Assembly: GCA_030704615.1 (NCBI GenBank) | Contig: CM060733.1 | Span: 10,974,001-11,038,000, forward strand | Source: Takakia lepidozioides | Lineage: Eukaryota > Plantae > Bryophyta | Direction of reading: 5' to 3' | Length of the DNA stretch: 64,000 nucleotides | Part shown: in pieces, positions 14,001 to 27,779 of the stretch | Numbering within the stretch: position 1 is the stretch's first letter | Layout of the letters: each line of letters starts with the position of its first letter | Position numbers and translations under genes: made by a program | The notes under the pieces: generated by a model | Told to the model about the DNA's origin: nothing | What the model saw: only the letters and a program-made list of their open reading frames with translations | Database searches by the model: none

Positions 14001-14910
14001 TAAACCGTTCTGGACTTTAAGAGTGGCAAGCAGGTCCTAGAGAGCCTCGATGCGCACTGTCCTACTGTCCATGCTTAATTTAACAACGCGACGATATTGT
14101 ACACTCTTGTCACTAAACTTGGGGTATTAGCGGATCAATGCAGGGCTTATATCAACTCAACTATGTGTGAAGGGAGGAAGGAGTGGAAAGAAAATTTCAA
14201 ACGCGACAGTCATGTCCTCTTGATCCTTAGCATAGTTCCGATACACTTTCAATTCATGAATAAAGTTTGGGATACCTTTTGTCAAAGATAAAAACTGACT
14301 TTAACTCGCTGATAATTTATCATCAACAGGATGGATCTCTAGATCGCAGAATAGTCAATACCTTACATGCACTGTATATTCTCCTCTCAGTGGCCAGACT
14401 AGGACATGCTCTAGAGCTCAAGACACGCACACATGCACAGCGCTGTCACTTTCCATGCAACACGCCTTGACATTGTTCACGTGAGGCAGTCTCACTACCA
14501 GCGCTCACAGCAAACAAACTGCCTCGCGATTCGAATCAACATATAAGCGCCGTAATTACAAACAGGCAGGATTCAACAACCAGCTGAAGGCAATTCCCCC
14601 ACTAACACCCTCATCACTCGCCTCCGGATGAAACTAGCTTAATATACAAGCCTCTCTCCTCAATCACTATCACAAATTCAAACACACTCGCTCAATATGC
14701 AGCATTATAAGACTCAAGAATCAATCAATCAACCTCAGGAGTGCTCCGCGGGTAATGAATGGACCCCGAGATAAGCATGCGACGCTGCCCGTCCAGCAAC
14801 AGAGCTCTCCCATCATACGACACATTAAGCCCCGACACGTCCACAGTCTGCGCCACCAACACCAGCATGCAAGCGGCCAACACTTTCCCCCACCTCTTCC
14901 TCATCTCCAT
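5092..14910 (-). CDS. BGAL: Beta-galactosidase, glycoside hydrolase family 35, with signal peptide and C-terminal galactose-binding (SUEL) lectin domain; ~19 exons
   Basis: Exons read [30 protein letters not shown] (14734-14910), [43 protein letters not shown] (acid/base Glu, ~11840), MWTENWTGW (nucleophile, ~11390), [61 protein letters not shown] and [14 protein letters not shown]-stop (5092). Boundaries are GT-AG. An extra 3' exon near 4560 is possible. Confidence 0.95.
6147..6790 (-). mobile_element. 5'-truncated LINE in a BGAL intron, same family as 42790-45500
   Basis: Encodes [16 protein letters not shown]...EDKIHF..CP...[13 protein letters not shown]. It has clear nucleotide similarity to 42800-43250 and an (AAATG)n tail on the plus strand. 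Confidence 0.8.
13364..13486. repeat. Intronic imperfect inverted repeat (hairpin)
   Basis: 13364-13381 pairs with 13469-13486 (1 mismatch); 13397-13424 pairs with 13439-13466 (3 mismatches). Confidence 0.8.
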
Positions 14911-15377
14911 TGCTTCCTCAATCCCTCCAACTTCTCACAACAACCAGCTATTTATTAACTACAGGAATACGAACAAGCCTTCGCTGCAATCGCTGCACGC
15001 TCGCATTGTGCAGGCTCGAAGGCCGAGGGAGAAGACTTATGATCGGAAGCAGAAGGAGAGCAGCACGGCGACGCTTGCGTAATGAGCGGGGGATTGTACC
15101 GTAAGGTGGCCGCCGTGGCTGCCTCTACCGCCGGTCGCCGTCCGACGGTCGTGAGGCCCGCAGGCGTGGAGGCGCCACAAGGTACAGCCAGGTAGGTGTA
15201 CGCAGCCCACCCATAATACCGGGCCTTTATTAGGGCCTCCTCTATTTCTGTGACCTCTATAGGCAGGGCATGGCTTTGCATGGGCTTTGGGAACTGGAGT
15301 TGAGGGATGATATTACGTGGATATTATGATATTATCATAATAGTCAGTCGTGGACTGTGTCCTAATCTTATGTATTA

Positions 15378-15490
15378 GGGAAGGGTCGTTCCCAAGGCCC
15401 TTCCTGAATTTGAGAACACCGGCAATGAGGGCGGAGCCCGATTTTCGGGTGCTCGAAAATTCAGGAAGGGCCGTGGGAACGACCCTTCCC
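15378..15490. repeat. Inverted repeat upstream of BGAL (MITE-like remnant)
   Basis: gggaagggtcgttcccaaggcccttcctgaattt ... aaattcaggaagggccgtgggaacgacccttccc. Confidence 0.75.
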
Positions 15491-15838
15491 CAACATGAAA
15501 AACTGGGAAATATTTCTTTCCTGCTCCTTGCCCCACAAATCGGGGGACCCTTCCACATGCGGAAGGTACTTCCGGCAAATCGGGGGACCCTTCCAAAAGC
15601 GGAAGGTACTTCTCGTAAGTCAGGGGAACCTTGCGGCCAGGGAGGCTCCTTGAATTACAAAGAAAAAAATTTGCCAGTGTTTTACCAGTCCAAATGACCG
15701 ATCCAGATTCCAGAGAGGAAAAAGGAAAACACATACACTGTAGTGATTGGGCCCTAGAAAAGAGCGGGTCAGATGCATATTGTAAGGAAGACAATAGGAA
15801 TAATGAAATATGAAGAAGTGCATACAGAGTTTATAATA

Positions 15839-16209
15839 GAGTTATCCGTAAAGTGAGCCTGAGTTTGGTACCCTGTTTGGACCCGAGTTACGGGTTTCAT
15901 CCCGAGTTTGAGTTAATCCGTAAAGTGCAGAAAACTGAGCACGAAGTCAGAAAAGAGGGCACCAAATCATAAACTGGGGATGAGGGCAACAGCTGCTATG
16001 GCGAGGGCCCGTGAGCTCTGACCGCCTCCGCCTCGACAACTAACAAAACTCGGCACCAAACTCCTGCCACCCCCATTTTCCTAGTCCTGGCAGTTTGGTC
16101 CCTTGTTTTTTTCTAGTCGTACCGCTTAATCCTGAGTTTCGAGTTTCATACCGAGTTTTGGCCAAACTCAGGGTTCTCATGCGAGTTTGGGACCCTTTAG
16201 GGATAACTC
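15839..16209. mobile_element. MITE / non-autonomous DNA transposon
   Basis: Ends gagttatccgtaaag / ctttagggataactc, flanked on both sides by taata. Internal ccgagttt repeats. Confidence 0.6.
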
Positions 16210-17162
16210 TAATATGTCTAATATGTCGTACTCTAATATGTCTAATATGTCGTGAACATGTCGTGAACATTTGTTTGCTAACTGCTGTCCTGTGAATGAA
16301 AGCATCATGTGACCCTGGTGAGAAGTTTCCCTTTGGAAAAAGGCATGTCCCGCATTGTTTTCTCATCCTCTCTAGCGGGTTCGAACACGGCATGCTTACC
16401 TAGCCGAATCGGCCCTCTGCTGCCCGTACCCTGGCATTAAAATCACTTGAGGTATGCGGAATGGGCACTGCTGGCCTATTCTGCGTGCCGAATTGGCACC
16501 TGGCCTCAGCTGCATATGCAGCGAATAAGGCAGAATAAGCCTCAAGTGCTTTTAAAGTTATCTCCTTGGAGTAAGAAAATTTAATGCACCTCGTGCCATT
16601 TGATGCTACCTTTGCCGGATGATACTGGCATGCTGGGCTCCTCCTATGGAACCCCTGTCAAATCCTTCCCACCTCATGGAACCTAGGTGTCTGGTGTGTA
16701 ACTGTTATTAGTCCATTTTTAACTTAGCCAAATTTGGACTTAGTCGAATCTTGAGAGTTACACCGAGCGAAGTTACACTCCATTTTGTGTAACCCCGAGG
16801 GATTTGCAACACTTGTCAGGTCAACTGAAGAATTACAGGGTAAGTCTCCCTACAAAAGAGTCAACAAGTCTTCACTACGGAATCCATATTTATGGTTTTA
16901 TAATATTTGCCACGTCTTTTTATTACTATGGGGAGGTTCTAATTTTTTGTAACATAATAATATAATAATGGGCTCTCATTTTAAGATAATAGCATCTTCA
17001 ATGCGCCTATGGGCCCCGCCAGTACGGTCAAGTGCCATCCACCTGGTCCGCCGGAGGGTCCTTACCGCAGTCTAGTATGTTGTTATGGAGAGTCTGCTTG
17101 AGGGTCCACCGACCGTGCAGATAAGTCCTGTATATCCAGAGTCCGCTCGAGAGGGTCCACTC

Positions 17163-17340
17163 CAGTGTTGTGGGTTCTTGCCATATTGAAGGAACCTCCG
17201 GTTCCGGTTCCTTGGTATATTTAAAGAGACGGTTCCGGTTCCGGATCCGGTTCTTTTTTTATGAAGCGGTTCCGGTTCCAGTTCCGGGTATTTTTTGGGA
17301 AGGAACCGCCGGTTCCAGTTTCCGCTTCTGGTTCTCTATT
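17163..17340. repeat. hAT-like transposon end with (ccggtt)n subterminal repeats
   Basis: Starts cagtgttg and is followed by many ccggttccggtt / gaacc units. No partner end found. Confidence 0.45.
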
Positions 17341-20300
17341 TTTTGAATTTCAAAATATATATTAAATTTTTGATCATTTTTTATAAATCTGAAAATGATT
17401 TGTGAATCCCCATTAGTTATATCAAATCTTTTGACCATGTTGAAAAGAAACAACACAACATTCATATACAAATTTATGAAATAATAATAATGCAATGTAA
17501 GCGAGTATAAATTAATGTGTGTAGAGTACACAAAGAAATCATTTTATCTCAAACAACTCGGCCTCTGCAATCAACTCCTCGTTGTCATCTAAGTGGACTT
17601 CCTCACTATTCAAAAACAGACTTGAGAGACCCCTTTAATTCCTTTGTACAAGTAGCTGACCCATTTTCCAGATCGAAATCTGGCGATTTTTCACCAGAAA
17701 GAAAAACATTGCACCAGGGTGACACGCAGTGCACTATCCAATGGAGCTATCCACCGCAGGTAGTTAGAATTATTAAGTTGGTAAATCCTGCTACATTGTC
17801 AGGTGTGGTATAATATTAATAATTGAAGAAAAAGATAATATATTCTCCTCCCCCTTCCAATCCTTGGGCAGTGTCCCATTGAGCGCATGGCAAGGTTATT
17901 CGTCTCAAAATTTAAAAACATTTTGGCTCGAAATCATATCTGCCGGGTCCATATTTGGTTCAAGTGATATAAGAACTTAGTACAATGTTGACTATAGTAA
18001 TGACATATCTGATGTTCGATTGAACGATCTCTTGTTCATATTAGGAGAAATTCAGGAGGTATCAAATCAAAACTGAGTGATAAATTTGTTAAATATATAA
18101 GTTGCATCATTTCACAATGTTGAGCATATGGACAGGTAGTAAGTATTTAATTTATTAATTCAGAAACTATTAAGAAGGGCTACAGAAGAAGATTAAGTTG
18201 AGAGAGTACATGGCCCACTATGTGACTTGAAGTTACATCTTGAAACCTTGAAACCTGAAAGCAACACCCCTACAAATCCCACAAGTAAAGACAACTAATA
18301 CGTCACCCATCACACCTCTCTCACTCATTAGTAACAAAGAAGAACATTAAAGTGTGTTGAACGTAATAGGGAACGGGATTCTTAGTGTCTTTTACATGTG
18401 GTAAAATAACAGCAAACTGATCCAAGGCCACTGGCAGTATGAATGTCAACAAACAAGACACTGAAAATCCCATTCACTTCCAAATAGGAATTCAGAATGC
18501 GTCACTGAGACATAAAAGAAGCCACCCTAGTTACTAAGGGAATATTCTAACCCTCTTTTTTAAGTCCTACAAATTTATAGAGCCTCCTTTGTAAATTCGC
18601 ACAAGCCTTCAAAGGCCCAATGGATGGTTGTAGGAAAGACAATTTCTCTCCTAGTATCTAAGTTCTTTCCATTTCTTCAAAATACATATCTCTCTTTTTT
18701 CTTTTTCTTTTTATGCTACCTTAAGTTTACATCTCTTTGTTTTTACCATACATTATATCTTACAAGGAAATATGTTGTTGAAGAGTTTTAAATGGTGTAG
18801 ATTTCTTGGCTTAAATATGGAGATTGGGGCAGCGGTTGGGCGCCCATGCTATTCCCTTCCTGAGTAACTAAGGTCATTGGATTGAGTAGCTTGACATTCT
18901 CTTAACATCATCCAACAAGGCAAGTCCTCTACTGAAAATGTAAAAAGTAGGACGCCTCCCTCTGGAAACGTAAACTATGGTGTCACGTAAACGATGTTGT
19001 CTCTTGACGACGAAGGCCTACCTGACTTCCAGTAGGAACTCCAGCAGGAAGGTGGATTATGACATGCCACTTCTGACCGAAAAGCAAGCAATGCGTCAAA
19101 TGGGTGGCCCTGACCGGGTGGGCCAACCTTGCTCTTGCTCTCCCTTTTTGTGAACGAGATTCAAATGATTGGTTAAGTGAAATATTGTGTGAGGGAATGA
19201 TGTTGGTTATTGTTCCAACATGGTTGTTGGAGACATTCATGATGGGTGCTTTGTATTTGGAGTGGGTTCTTCAATGAGTGTTGTGACTTCATGGAGTGTC
19301 AATGAATCGTAGTGGTGTTCCATGTTCCATATAACACTCACGAATGCAAAGTGCACCCGGATTCACCATTCAAGAAAATTTGTGGGCAATGGATTTATAG
19401 TAATATAGCCATATATCATGAGAAATACTCCAAAATATAATCAATGCACTGCCAAGTAATTAATTAGTAATTATTATGTACATCACTTATTAATTTATTA
19501 TTAACTATAATTTAGTATTATTGATTATTTTTCTGTACCTTATGTTGTTCTGCATAGACCCTCGCGTCCTATGCTTTTTGTAAAGATTGTCAAATAAAAC
19601 AACATGTTTGAATTCTCACAATAGGGTCAAATATTGCTTGAAGGGTCGAATGCTTGAAGATGGATGGGACCGGGTGGAGCTGGAATTTCTCCATAACCAT
19701 GTTCATGAATATCACTATATTCATCGAATCCTAACACTCATGTTTATGGGAGAGGTTCAAATGAGAATAGCCCTTCATTTATGCAGTGTTTCATTAAGAC
19801 TTACACCATAGAGGATGATTGGATTGTGGATTTACATGTAGTCAATCATACAATACTTGATATTTTCCTAAATATTTTTATCCCAATCAAGTTACTATAA
19901 TTTATATACTTTATTATTGACTTGCTTATTTTTGTGACATATTTACAATTTGATTTGAAAAAAATAAATGCGTCTATGTTGGCCCATTTGGCCGGAACTA
20001 ATTATTGGTCATTCAGGCTGAGGCAAGGTTTATCACGAGCCGTCTCAAAGGCCTAGAGGTGCAAATTGTTGATGAAGTGGTGGTTTGTGGAGCAGTTCAA
20101 ATGGGCGAGATGAAATCCTTGAGTTTTTGCAATAAGTAAGTCTCTAAACCGTGACAAATCATTTCTATTTTTTATTCCATTTTGATGCAAATGACATGTT
20201 AATAATTTTATGTATTTTCATTGCATAATTCGCACCTTAATTGCTCCTGCTTACGTTGGGTTGCCTATCGTTGGGATATCCCATATAACAAGCACCTCAT

Positions 20301-20397
20301 GTGGACCAACTGGAGAACCACACAAAGTTGTCAGATGCCACGCGCACATGCCTCATTACAAATCCAAGCTTACAAACTGACAAACTGCAACGAGGAC

Positions 20398-20916
20398 TTA
20401 CCTCCACAGTGCCCCTGCAAATATTTCTAATGTGACCAAGGGATTGGAGGTTCTCCGGGAGAAGGCCACCGAGGTGAAGGAGTCACTCACGGTAGAGGAG
20501 ACAAATGCATTTACGTTCCTCAAGGACCCCTCGAGGTCGCACGACTCCATCAAGGAATGGAGTGAATTTGCTAGGCTCGGGGTGGGGAGGAATGCTACGG
20601 GCCACCCTTTCTCCAGTCCCGCAACTACCGCCATCCATGGATCGTAGATAAGGCACTGTTTCCACAATTTTTCCAATAAATCTGGGTGCTCTTGAAGAAA
20701 AGTGTCATAACCAACAACCTCAAATAAGTCAGCAACATAAATGGCAAGATATTCAATCGCAGCTTGCATGAGGTCCTCTACATTGTATTTGTGCCCCATG
20801 AGATAAATTTCAAAGACAAGGTGAGTGGAAATTTTTGACTTCAGCGCATTTGAACAATATGATTTCAACAAACTAAGCTCGTACATTGGGTTAAATGCTT
20901 GCATACAGCTCCACAT
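20398..20916 (-). pseudogene. BTB/POZ-BACK-like protein fragment
   Basis: LLKSYCSNALKSKI...EIYLMGHKYNVEDLMQAAIEYLA resembles the helical segment after BTB domains. The upstream part is decayed. Confidence 0.45.
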
Positions 20917-21308
20917 TAGGGATGCATAATCACCATTATTGGATCAATTCCCTTATGCATTTAATTAGTTATCTACAAAGACATATACACTCCAGTAGGT
21001 CATGATAGATCCAATTAGTTTATGATTTGATCAGTGATCAGTAGGTCGCATCGAGTCTTGATGCCACGTTGTCAGAAATGAATGCTTCGCCTGCAATCTT
21101 TGTAGCTCAAACCCAGATCGCTGATCATAAGCGAATTTCGAGATTCACGTGGAACAACTGTAACGAAGAAGTGCATGCTAAGACCGTGCTAAAAAACGAA
21201 CAAAATCACATCTATCGGTAGTTCAACGTCAAACTAATGAATTGACTAACATCTCAATCTACGTTTCAAGAGAGAAAATTTATATAAGTTAAGTGAAATG
21301 AAGGGGCG

Positions 21309-21815
21309 TTAATGGAAATAATTTGGGAGTTTAAATGCTAGGTAAATTGGTTTGTGGTCGGTCCAGTATGCTTCTTTTGTTCCAGACAAATATTGTTGTG
21401 TAGGTACATTGATCCATATATGATCTAATTGAGAATTGGAAGTTGTTGTAGATTCGTTGAATGTATCATGGATGTGGTCGTGATTTGTCATGAATGAGCG
21501 AAGTGATTCAGATTCATTGTTACATTTACAAAGGTTGATCGTGTAAAAATTGTTGGACATTTGGTGCTTTTATTGTATAAGAAATGTAAAATGTTATGAA
21601 GGGAAAGTAAATGAGGGTTATAAATTGCAATTACGTGTATTGCTCTACGGGATTTATTATAATTTTGTCTTTCTTTTAAATATGATAGTGTTGTGTATAT
21701 TAGTCCGTGTCTATTTACATTTGTCGGATCAAATGCAAGACGATCCATGATTAATCCTTGTGCTCTATGTATAGTATGTGCTATTGCAAGTTGAATTGGA
21801 AATTGAGTAGTAGTT
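21309..21815 (-). mobile_element. Helitron/Helentron remnant: Pif1 helicase C-terminus plus AP-endonuclease-like tail
   Basis: Reverse strand reads TQFPIQLAIAHTIHRAQGLIMDRLAFD..HGLIYTTLS (Pif1 motifs), then SQLDHIW...YWTDHKPIY (endonuclease-like). Confidence 0.75.
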
Positions 21816-22189
21816 ATTACATGGTCATGATTATCCTGCTACCACGTGTCCCAAGTGCAAAAAATCTAGATACCGAGATGATGTTCAAGGAAAGAAAATC
21901 CCACGAAAGGTACATTTCTCTTATATTCTCTTTCCTGCCATTTATATTTATATACATATATACATGTGTCTACCAACTAATATATCATTTTAGGGTGTAG
22001 GGTTTAAGAGGTTGTATCATTCCGATATTATTAGGGTATGCATATAGGTTATAAGAATCCTTCAACTAATGTAGACTTTACAAAATATCTACATACAAAC
22101 CTTTGCAAATATATACCCCTCTCTTATGTACAATATGTGGATCCAAATGACAGAAAGTAAATATTGATATATTTGTTGTGTTTGTGGGG

Positions 22190-24351
22190 GAGGTTAGAAA
22201 ATGCATTATTTTCCAGTCATCCCGCGCTTGAAAGCACAATTCCGGAGTCCATCATTTGCCCAACTCATGAAGTGGTATGCGGAGCATCGGAGCCCTCCCA
22301 GAAAGATGTGCGGCCCTCACGATTCGCCGACATTGAAACACACCGAGGAACAATGGCATTTTTTGAAGGACGATCCCAAGACATGTTCGGCTCGGCTTCT
22401 CCGCGGATGGTGTAAACCCACATTCAGTCCAGTCAAGTAGCCATTCAACATGGCCTGTGACTTTGGTTAACTACAACATCCCTCCTTATCTTGCTATCAA
22501 GAAGGGTCATATCATGTTGGCTGCCATTGTGCCAGGTGAATAACACAACTATTTTTTGTTGCTTTAGGATGTACGTGGTAGTACAATGTCCAATATATAT
22601 GGAACTAAGAATATCATTTGTTATGTTTGAATTTGAAATGATCTTGTATATATTGCAAATATAGGGAAAAAAACAAGTTGCGAATATGGATGTGTAATAT
22701 GCGTCCATTGGTTGACGAACTCAATATATTATGGAATGGAGTTCCAGCTTATGATGCATCGGCACCCACTGGCCAACGTTCTTTTCTCTTGCGAGGGCTT
22801 TTGCTATGGACAATGCATGACTATCCAGGTACATTTTAATTTGATATTACCTATAATATATATATTCTACCGTATATCATGTGTTTTGTATGTGCTCGTC
22901 ATGATTTTTCTTTAGCAATTCATGTTTTTGCTCGGTTCATTGAAATTATACGAGGCGACGAATGTTAAATCCCAACTAAATTCATGGTTTTGTGCAGGGC
23001 TTTCAATTCGTTCGGGACTAAGCACAAAGGGGTACGCAGCATGTTCATGTTGTGGGCCGGATACCTTAATGCAAAGCATTCGAAGAACGTCGCGAAAATG
23101 ATCTATCCTAACTACCGGAATTTTCTTCCTCTCAACCATCCATGGAGAATGAGAGGCAAGAAATTATTTGATGGGACCGTGGAGAGGAGACCTCCACCCG
23201 TGCGTCCCCCTGGGTCATTTTAGAAAGCCCGGTGGCGAGAGGTGCTGGATAAAAAATGCCGGTTCAAGAGGTGTGGCATGTCCCGGCTCTCAATCTTCTA
23301 CGAGTTGCCTTCTTGGGAGGTACAAGTCCAAAATGCATTGGACCATACATATTTCATTGAAATTCATGACATATTCATATGAAATTGCACCGAGTTCAGG
23401 GTTTATGACAAATTATATGCTAATTTCATGATGCGCAGGATCTGAAAATCCGGCACCTCCTTGATCCCATGCATATTAAGAAGAATGTGTGCTCATCACT
23501 TATTCGTGTACTGGCAAACTTAACCGGGGGGAAGAAGAAACGCGGCGATGATTCCCTTGGTGTGAGGCGAGAGCTTCCAAACCCAACACCGTATGCCACG
23601 ACTATGGCCTGAAGCTGATGGTGTGGACGTGAACAATGCTCCCAAGTAGAAGTATAGGGCGCCAACTTGGGCTTGGACAAAGGGGGAATACAAGCAAGTG
23701 CGGACCACAATACGAGCTATCCGGACCCCGACCGGGTATGGCGCATCTCTACGCAACAAATTTGAGGATGCCACCACTATCCATGGTTTGAAGTTTCATG
23801 ACTACCACAACATTTTGCAAGACATCCTTCCCATTGCAATATGAGGGACACTCCATGAGGGCATTCGAAAAGCCGTCTATCGACTTGCTAATTTATTCCG
23901 TTGGCTTTGCACAAAAAAGATGGACGAGGCGGATTTTCCACGAATGAAGGAGGAGGCGGCCACGGTCTTGTGTATGTTGGAGATGCATCTTCCCCCTAAT
24001 TTCTTTGACATCCAAGTACATTTGGTAGTGCACTTGGTGGAAGAGGCGAAGATTGCCGGACTGGTCCATGCTCAGTGGATGTATTTTCTAGAGCGTTACA
24101 TGAAGGAGGTCAAGGCACACGTGCGGCAAAAGACACATCCCGAGGGTAGCATGGCGGAGGGGTACACATTGCAAGAGGCTATGGTGAGAAGGGTGGACAA
24201 AGAGGCCCCTCCAATGTGGAAGGAAGAGGATGATGTGCGGAACAAAGACATGGTTTTGCCTAAAAAATCAAGGAGGGTGAAACTATCGAACACCGAGGTG
24301 GAGCAAGCACATGACTTTGTATTGAAGAACCCCCCTTGCATAGTGGAGTGA
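22190..24351 (+). mobile_element. CACTA/En-Spm transposase (Transposase_21 + DUF4218 region), decayed, with introns
   Basis: YFPVIPRLK..F, DGVNP, STWPV..YN.PP, RHLLDPMHIKKNV, LEMHLPPNFFDIQVHLVVHL, WMYFLERYMK, PEGSMAEGY. Confidence 0.9.
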
Positions 24352-24379
24352 GAGGCAAGACAAAACCCAAATAAAACTG

Positions 24380-25600
24380 GCAGCGACCGCCCGGGCGTCG
24401 ATGGCACTACCCCAGGAAACATGGCGAAAGAAAACACACCTACGACCCCCTCGTGGTCGTTGTTAAACACCCCCAGTAAAATATTTGGGAACTACAACCG
24501 ATGCCCAGGGAGTAGCTGGTAGCACCCCACACAAATATGGGAAAAAAAACAACAACAACAACACAACAGCAAACGACTTATAAGGGGGCGATGTTAAACA
24601 GCGTTGGGTTAGCGTAGGGATATGTACCGACCCCCAGGGAGGCGCTGATAGCACCCCAAAAAAATTTTACAAAAAAACTCACACCGACCCCCCATGGGTC
24701 GCTGTTAATCAGCGTCAGGTTATTGTTTAGGGACTTGAAGCGACCCCCAGGAAGGCGCTGATAGCACCCCAAAAAATACTTGCAAAAAAATCTGACAGCG
24801 ACCCTAGGGGGTCGCAGGTAACCGGCGTCGGGTTATTTAATTGTATGGACTTGTAGCGACCCCCCTGAAGGCGTTGATCGCACCCCAAAAATATTTTGCA
24901 AATAACTCACAACGACCCCCCATGGGTCGCTGTTAAGCAGCATTGGGTTATTGTTAGGAAGTTGAAGCGACTGCCAGGAAGGCGCTGATAGCACCCCCCA
25001 AAATATGGACAAAAAAATCTAACAGCGATGGCCTAGGGGTCGCTGTTAACAACGTCGGGTTATTGTTTAGGGACTTGAAGCAACCTCGGGGAAGGCGCTG
25101 ATAGTGGTAGCGACCCCCACGGAGTCACTAATAGAACCATTTCTGATTAAATTGAATTTTAATGAATTTTAAATAAGTATTATGATTTAGAATATATAGG
25201 ATTGCAGATTTGAGGAGCGTCATGATTTTATTTTTTGCTCTATTTTGCTCTTTGAATTCAGACTTTGGATTACTACATCCATGCAAAAGATTGGACCCAA
25301 AAAAATGAATATATATATATATATATATATTTCTTGGGTCACTATTGCAGAACTCTCTATGAAGAGTGCATAAAGTTGAAGAGAACTTAAATCTTGGAGT
25401 GAAAATGAGGGAAGAAAATATGGTTTTGGGTCCAGATGATTTTTTTTTGTTGCGAAATTTTGCACGCACATTGCACACACTGTCATTAAGCATATGGCTA
25501 GAGAATGGAACAAAAAAAAAAACATGTGGAGGCGAAACACAGTTTCCCGTCTATACGATATGAAGTTACGTTCATCACTTGAATGACCCATTGAATGAAC
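24380..25600. repeat. CACTA-type subterminal repeat array (agcgacccc / ggggtcgct units) plus AT-rich segment; left arm of a long inverted repeat
   Basis: Many cagcgacccc..gggtcgctg and ggcgctgatagcacccc units; the reverse complement recurs at 27780-28700. Confidence 0.85.
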
Positions 25601-25949
25601 TTGGTTCAAGCTCATCTTTGGTCCACATGTGCTTAAGTATGTTCAGATCATCAATGCAAAGTCACAAAAGATGAGCATCAAGAAGAAATATTCACATCAA
25701 TCGGTTAATCAAATGTATCCAAAGTGCATCATGAGAATATCTACAATGCACTTCTACGCGATCCCGATCTCAAAGCAACCGTAGTTCTATCACACACATC
25801 CTACTACAATTTGCAACTGTTCTTGTCATATTGGCAAATTGTTGTACATCATAATGGGAGACATCCTCTTGGTTGGTCAATTTGGTTCCGAAGTAGTTGC
25901 CATGTTCGCCTTGTAACAATGTGTCACGTGGGTACTACATCATGTCATC

Positions 25950-27169
25950 GGGAGGGACATCATCTTCCTCATCAAGCTCCAACTCCTGTCTATTGTCCTC
26001 ATCGAAGTCACTATATTAACCCCTCTCAAGAGAGTCATGATCAGAAGCCGAACCATCATCCATATATTCATATGGCTCATGCACGACCGGAGGGTCAATA
26101 GGAGGCGGCACAATATGATCTTCCTCTTCTGGTACATCCTCATTGTCATCGTCATCGTCATCCTCATCCTCATTCTCATCATTATCCTCATCGTCATCCT
26201 CGTCTTCGTCCTCTTCCTCCTCCGGCGCAATATTCGCATCAACCACTTGATCTCCTCCAACATTGTTCAAGGCAGTGTCTTCAATGCCTATATCCACGAA
26301 GCATCATATCCCGCATCCGCATCGGCCACCTCGTCCACCTTGGTCGCTTTGGCCACCTCGACCTCATCACCACCCCAACGGTTTGATCCCTCGCCATGGT
26401 AAATGCGTCTCCCTCTTGGCCTAGCATGCAGAACCACCTTCCAATTTCCCGATGTAGTCTTGTCTTCAGAAAAAAAAGACTTGTTCCCTGTCCTTCGGCC
26501 ATGCAAATGGTTCATTGGAGATGCGTGTAAAGGGCGTGATCCTGGAAGTGTTGACCCCCATGAAGCCATACTCGTCAGGCAAGAGGGTTGCATTTGGGCC
26601 TCTAATGTGGGGTTGAAACCACCTCCCCTTGAAAAGAATAGGGCGATGGTGATCATACTCGAGTTGCAAAATGGCATCAAGCTCCCCAATATATTCAAGC
26701 TTGCTTCTCTCGGGTCAAATGTCCCTTGTGCTTGACACGGAGTATTGCCAATATGTGACACACAAACCGGAGTCAAATGTGGTCTTCCGACGCATGTCAA
26801 GAGAACGGATGTGGAAATGACGACCATGAATCCAAATTGAGGAGAATGAAATGGCATATGAGATGGCCCTCTCGCAAGCTCTTGCACTAAAGGCGGCACC
26901 ACCTTGCCCGCGGCCATCGCAGCCTCAACTCCACTCCGGAGCCAATGGCGAAATGGTCTCAATGGCTGCATCTCTGTGGGCAAATCACGTGTCCCCGATG
27001 GGGCCGTGCTCCTGGATCCGCGCTGTCCTCGTGAGGCTCGCAATTCCCTTTCACGTGTGCGTCTCCAAATTGTACTTGCTTCCAACCGCCGTGCATTCTC
27101 ATGCGCACAAGATAACCCGACGGTGTTTGGCAACGACGTGTAGGGTGTCGGATCCGGTCGACTGCACAT
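25950..27169 (-). mobile_element. CACTA transposase C-terminal region (DUF4216-like) with acidic tail, inverted relative to 22190-24351
   Basis: LEYDHHRPILFKGRWF, DEYGFMGVN, NEPFAWP..QVFFSED..GNWKVVL, followed by a D/E-rich stretch. Confidence 0.75.
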
Positions 27170-27779
27170 GATTTTTTTTTTTAAATTCCATTCTCAAGCC
27201 ATATGCTTAATGACAGCGTCTACAATGTGCGTGCCCTCACTTCTGGGTCATGAAGTGGTGCAGAAGGTGGAATTTGGTGTGAACAACTCCCAAGATTCCT
27301 ACACCCATTTCAGAGAACGAGATTGAGGTACATGTCAGGCCATCCAAATTTTCAGATACCCATTGTATGTGTATAAAGCAGTTTATTCCTATATTTGTGG
27401 TAGCAAGAGCCGACACCTATTGTCCATCAGAAGTCGTCCATTGAACCAATATTGTATCATTTTAATCTGTCACTATGATCAGACATGTTTGGGGTTTGAC
27501 AAGGATCACATGCAGACAAACTTCAATTCTAGTGCATGGTTTGCAGCGTTGGGGAACAGCTTCTCTGTAGACACAATTGCATTTCACTTCTCACTGCTAT
27601 GGCAACCCAACGCAGATGGCATGAAGGTGCTATTGCTATTTTCAGGTATTGTTGGGGGGGGGGGGGCACAGAGATAGCCCTCCGCAAATCAGGCATAAAG
27701 CTCAAGGTAGGGGTTTCCATTCATATCATTTAAGGTACCCGTCATTGCATTCAGGGTTGGTGGGAAACAAACAAGCATA

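Noticed and set aside
25940-26402. Met/Arg-rich and Ile/Leu-rich ORFs
   Set aside because: They are alternative frames of the GAT/GAG-rich acidic tail of the CACTA transposase.
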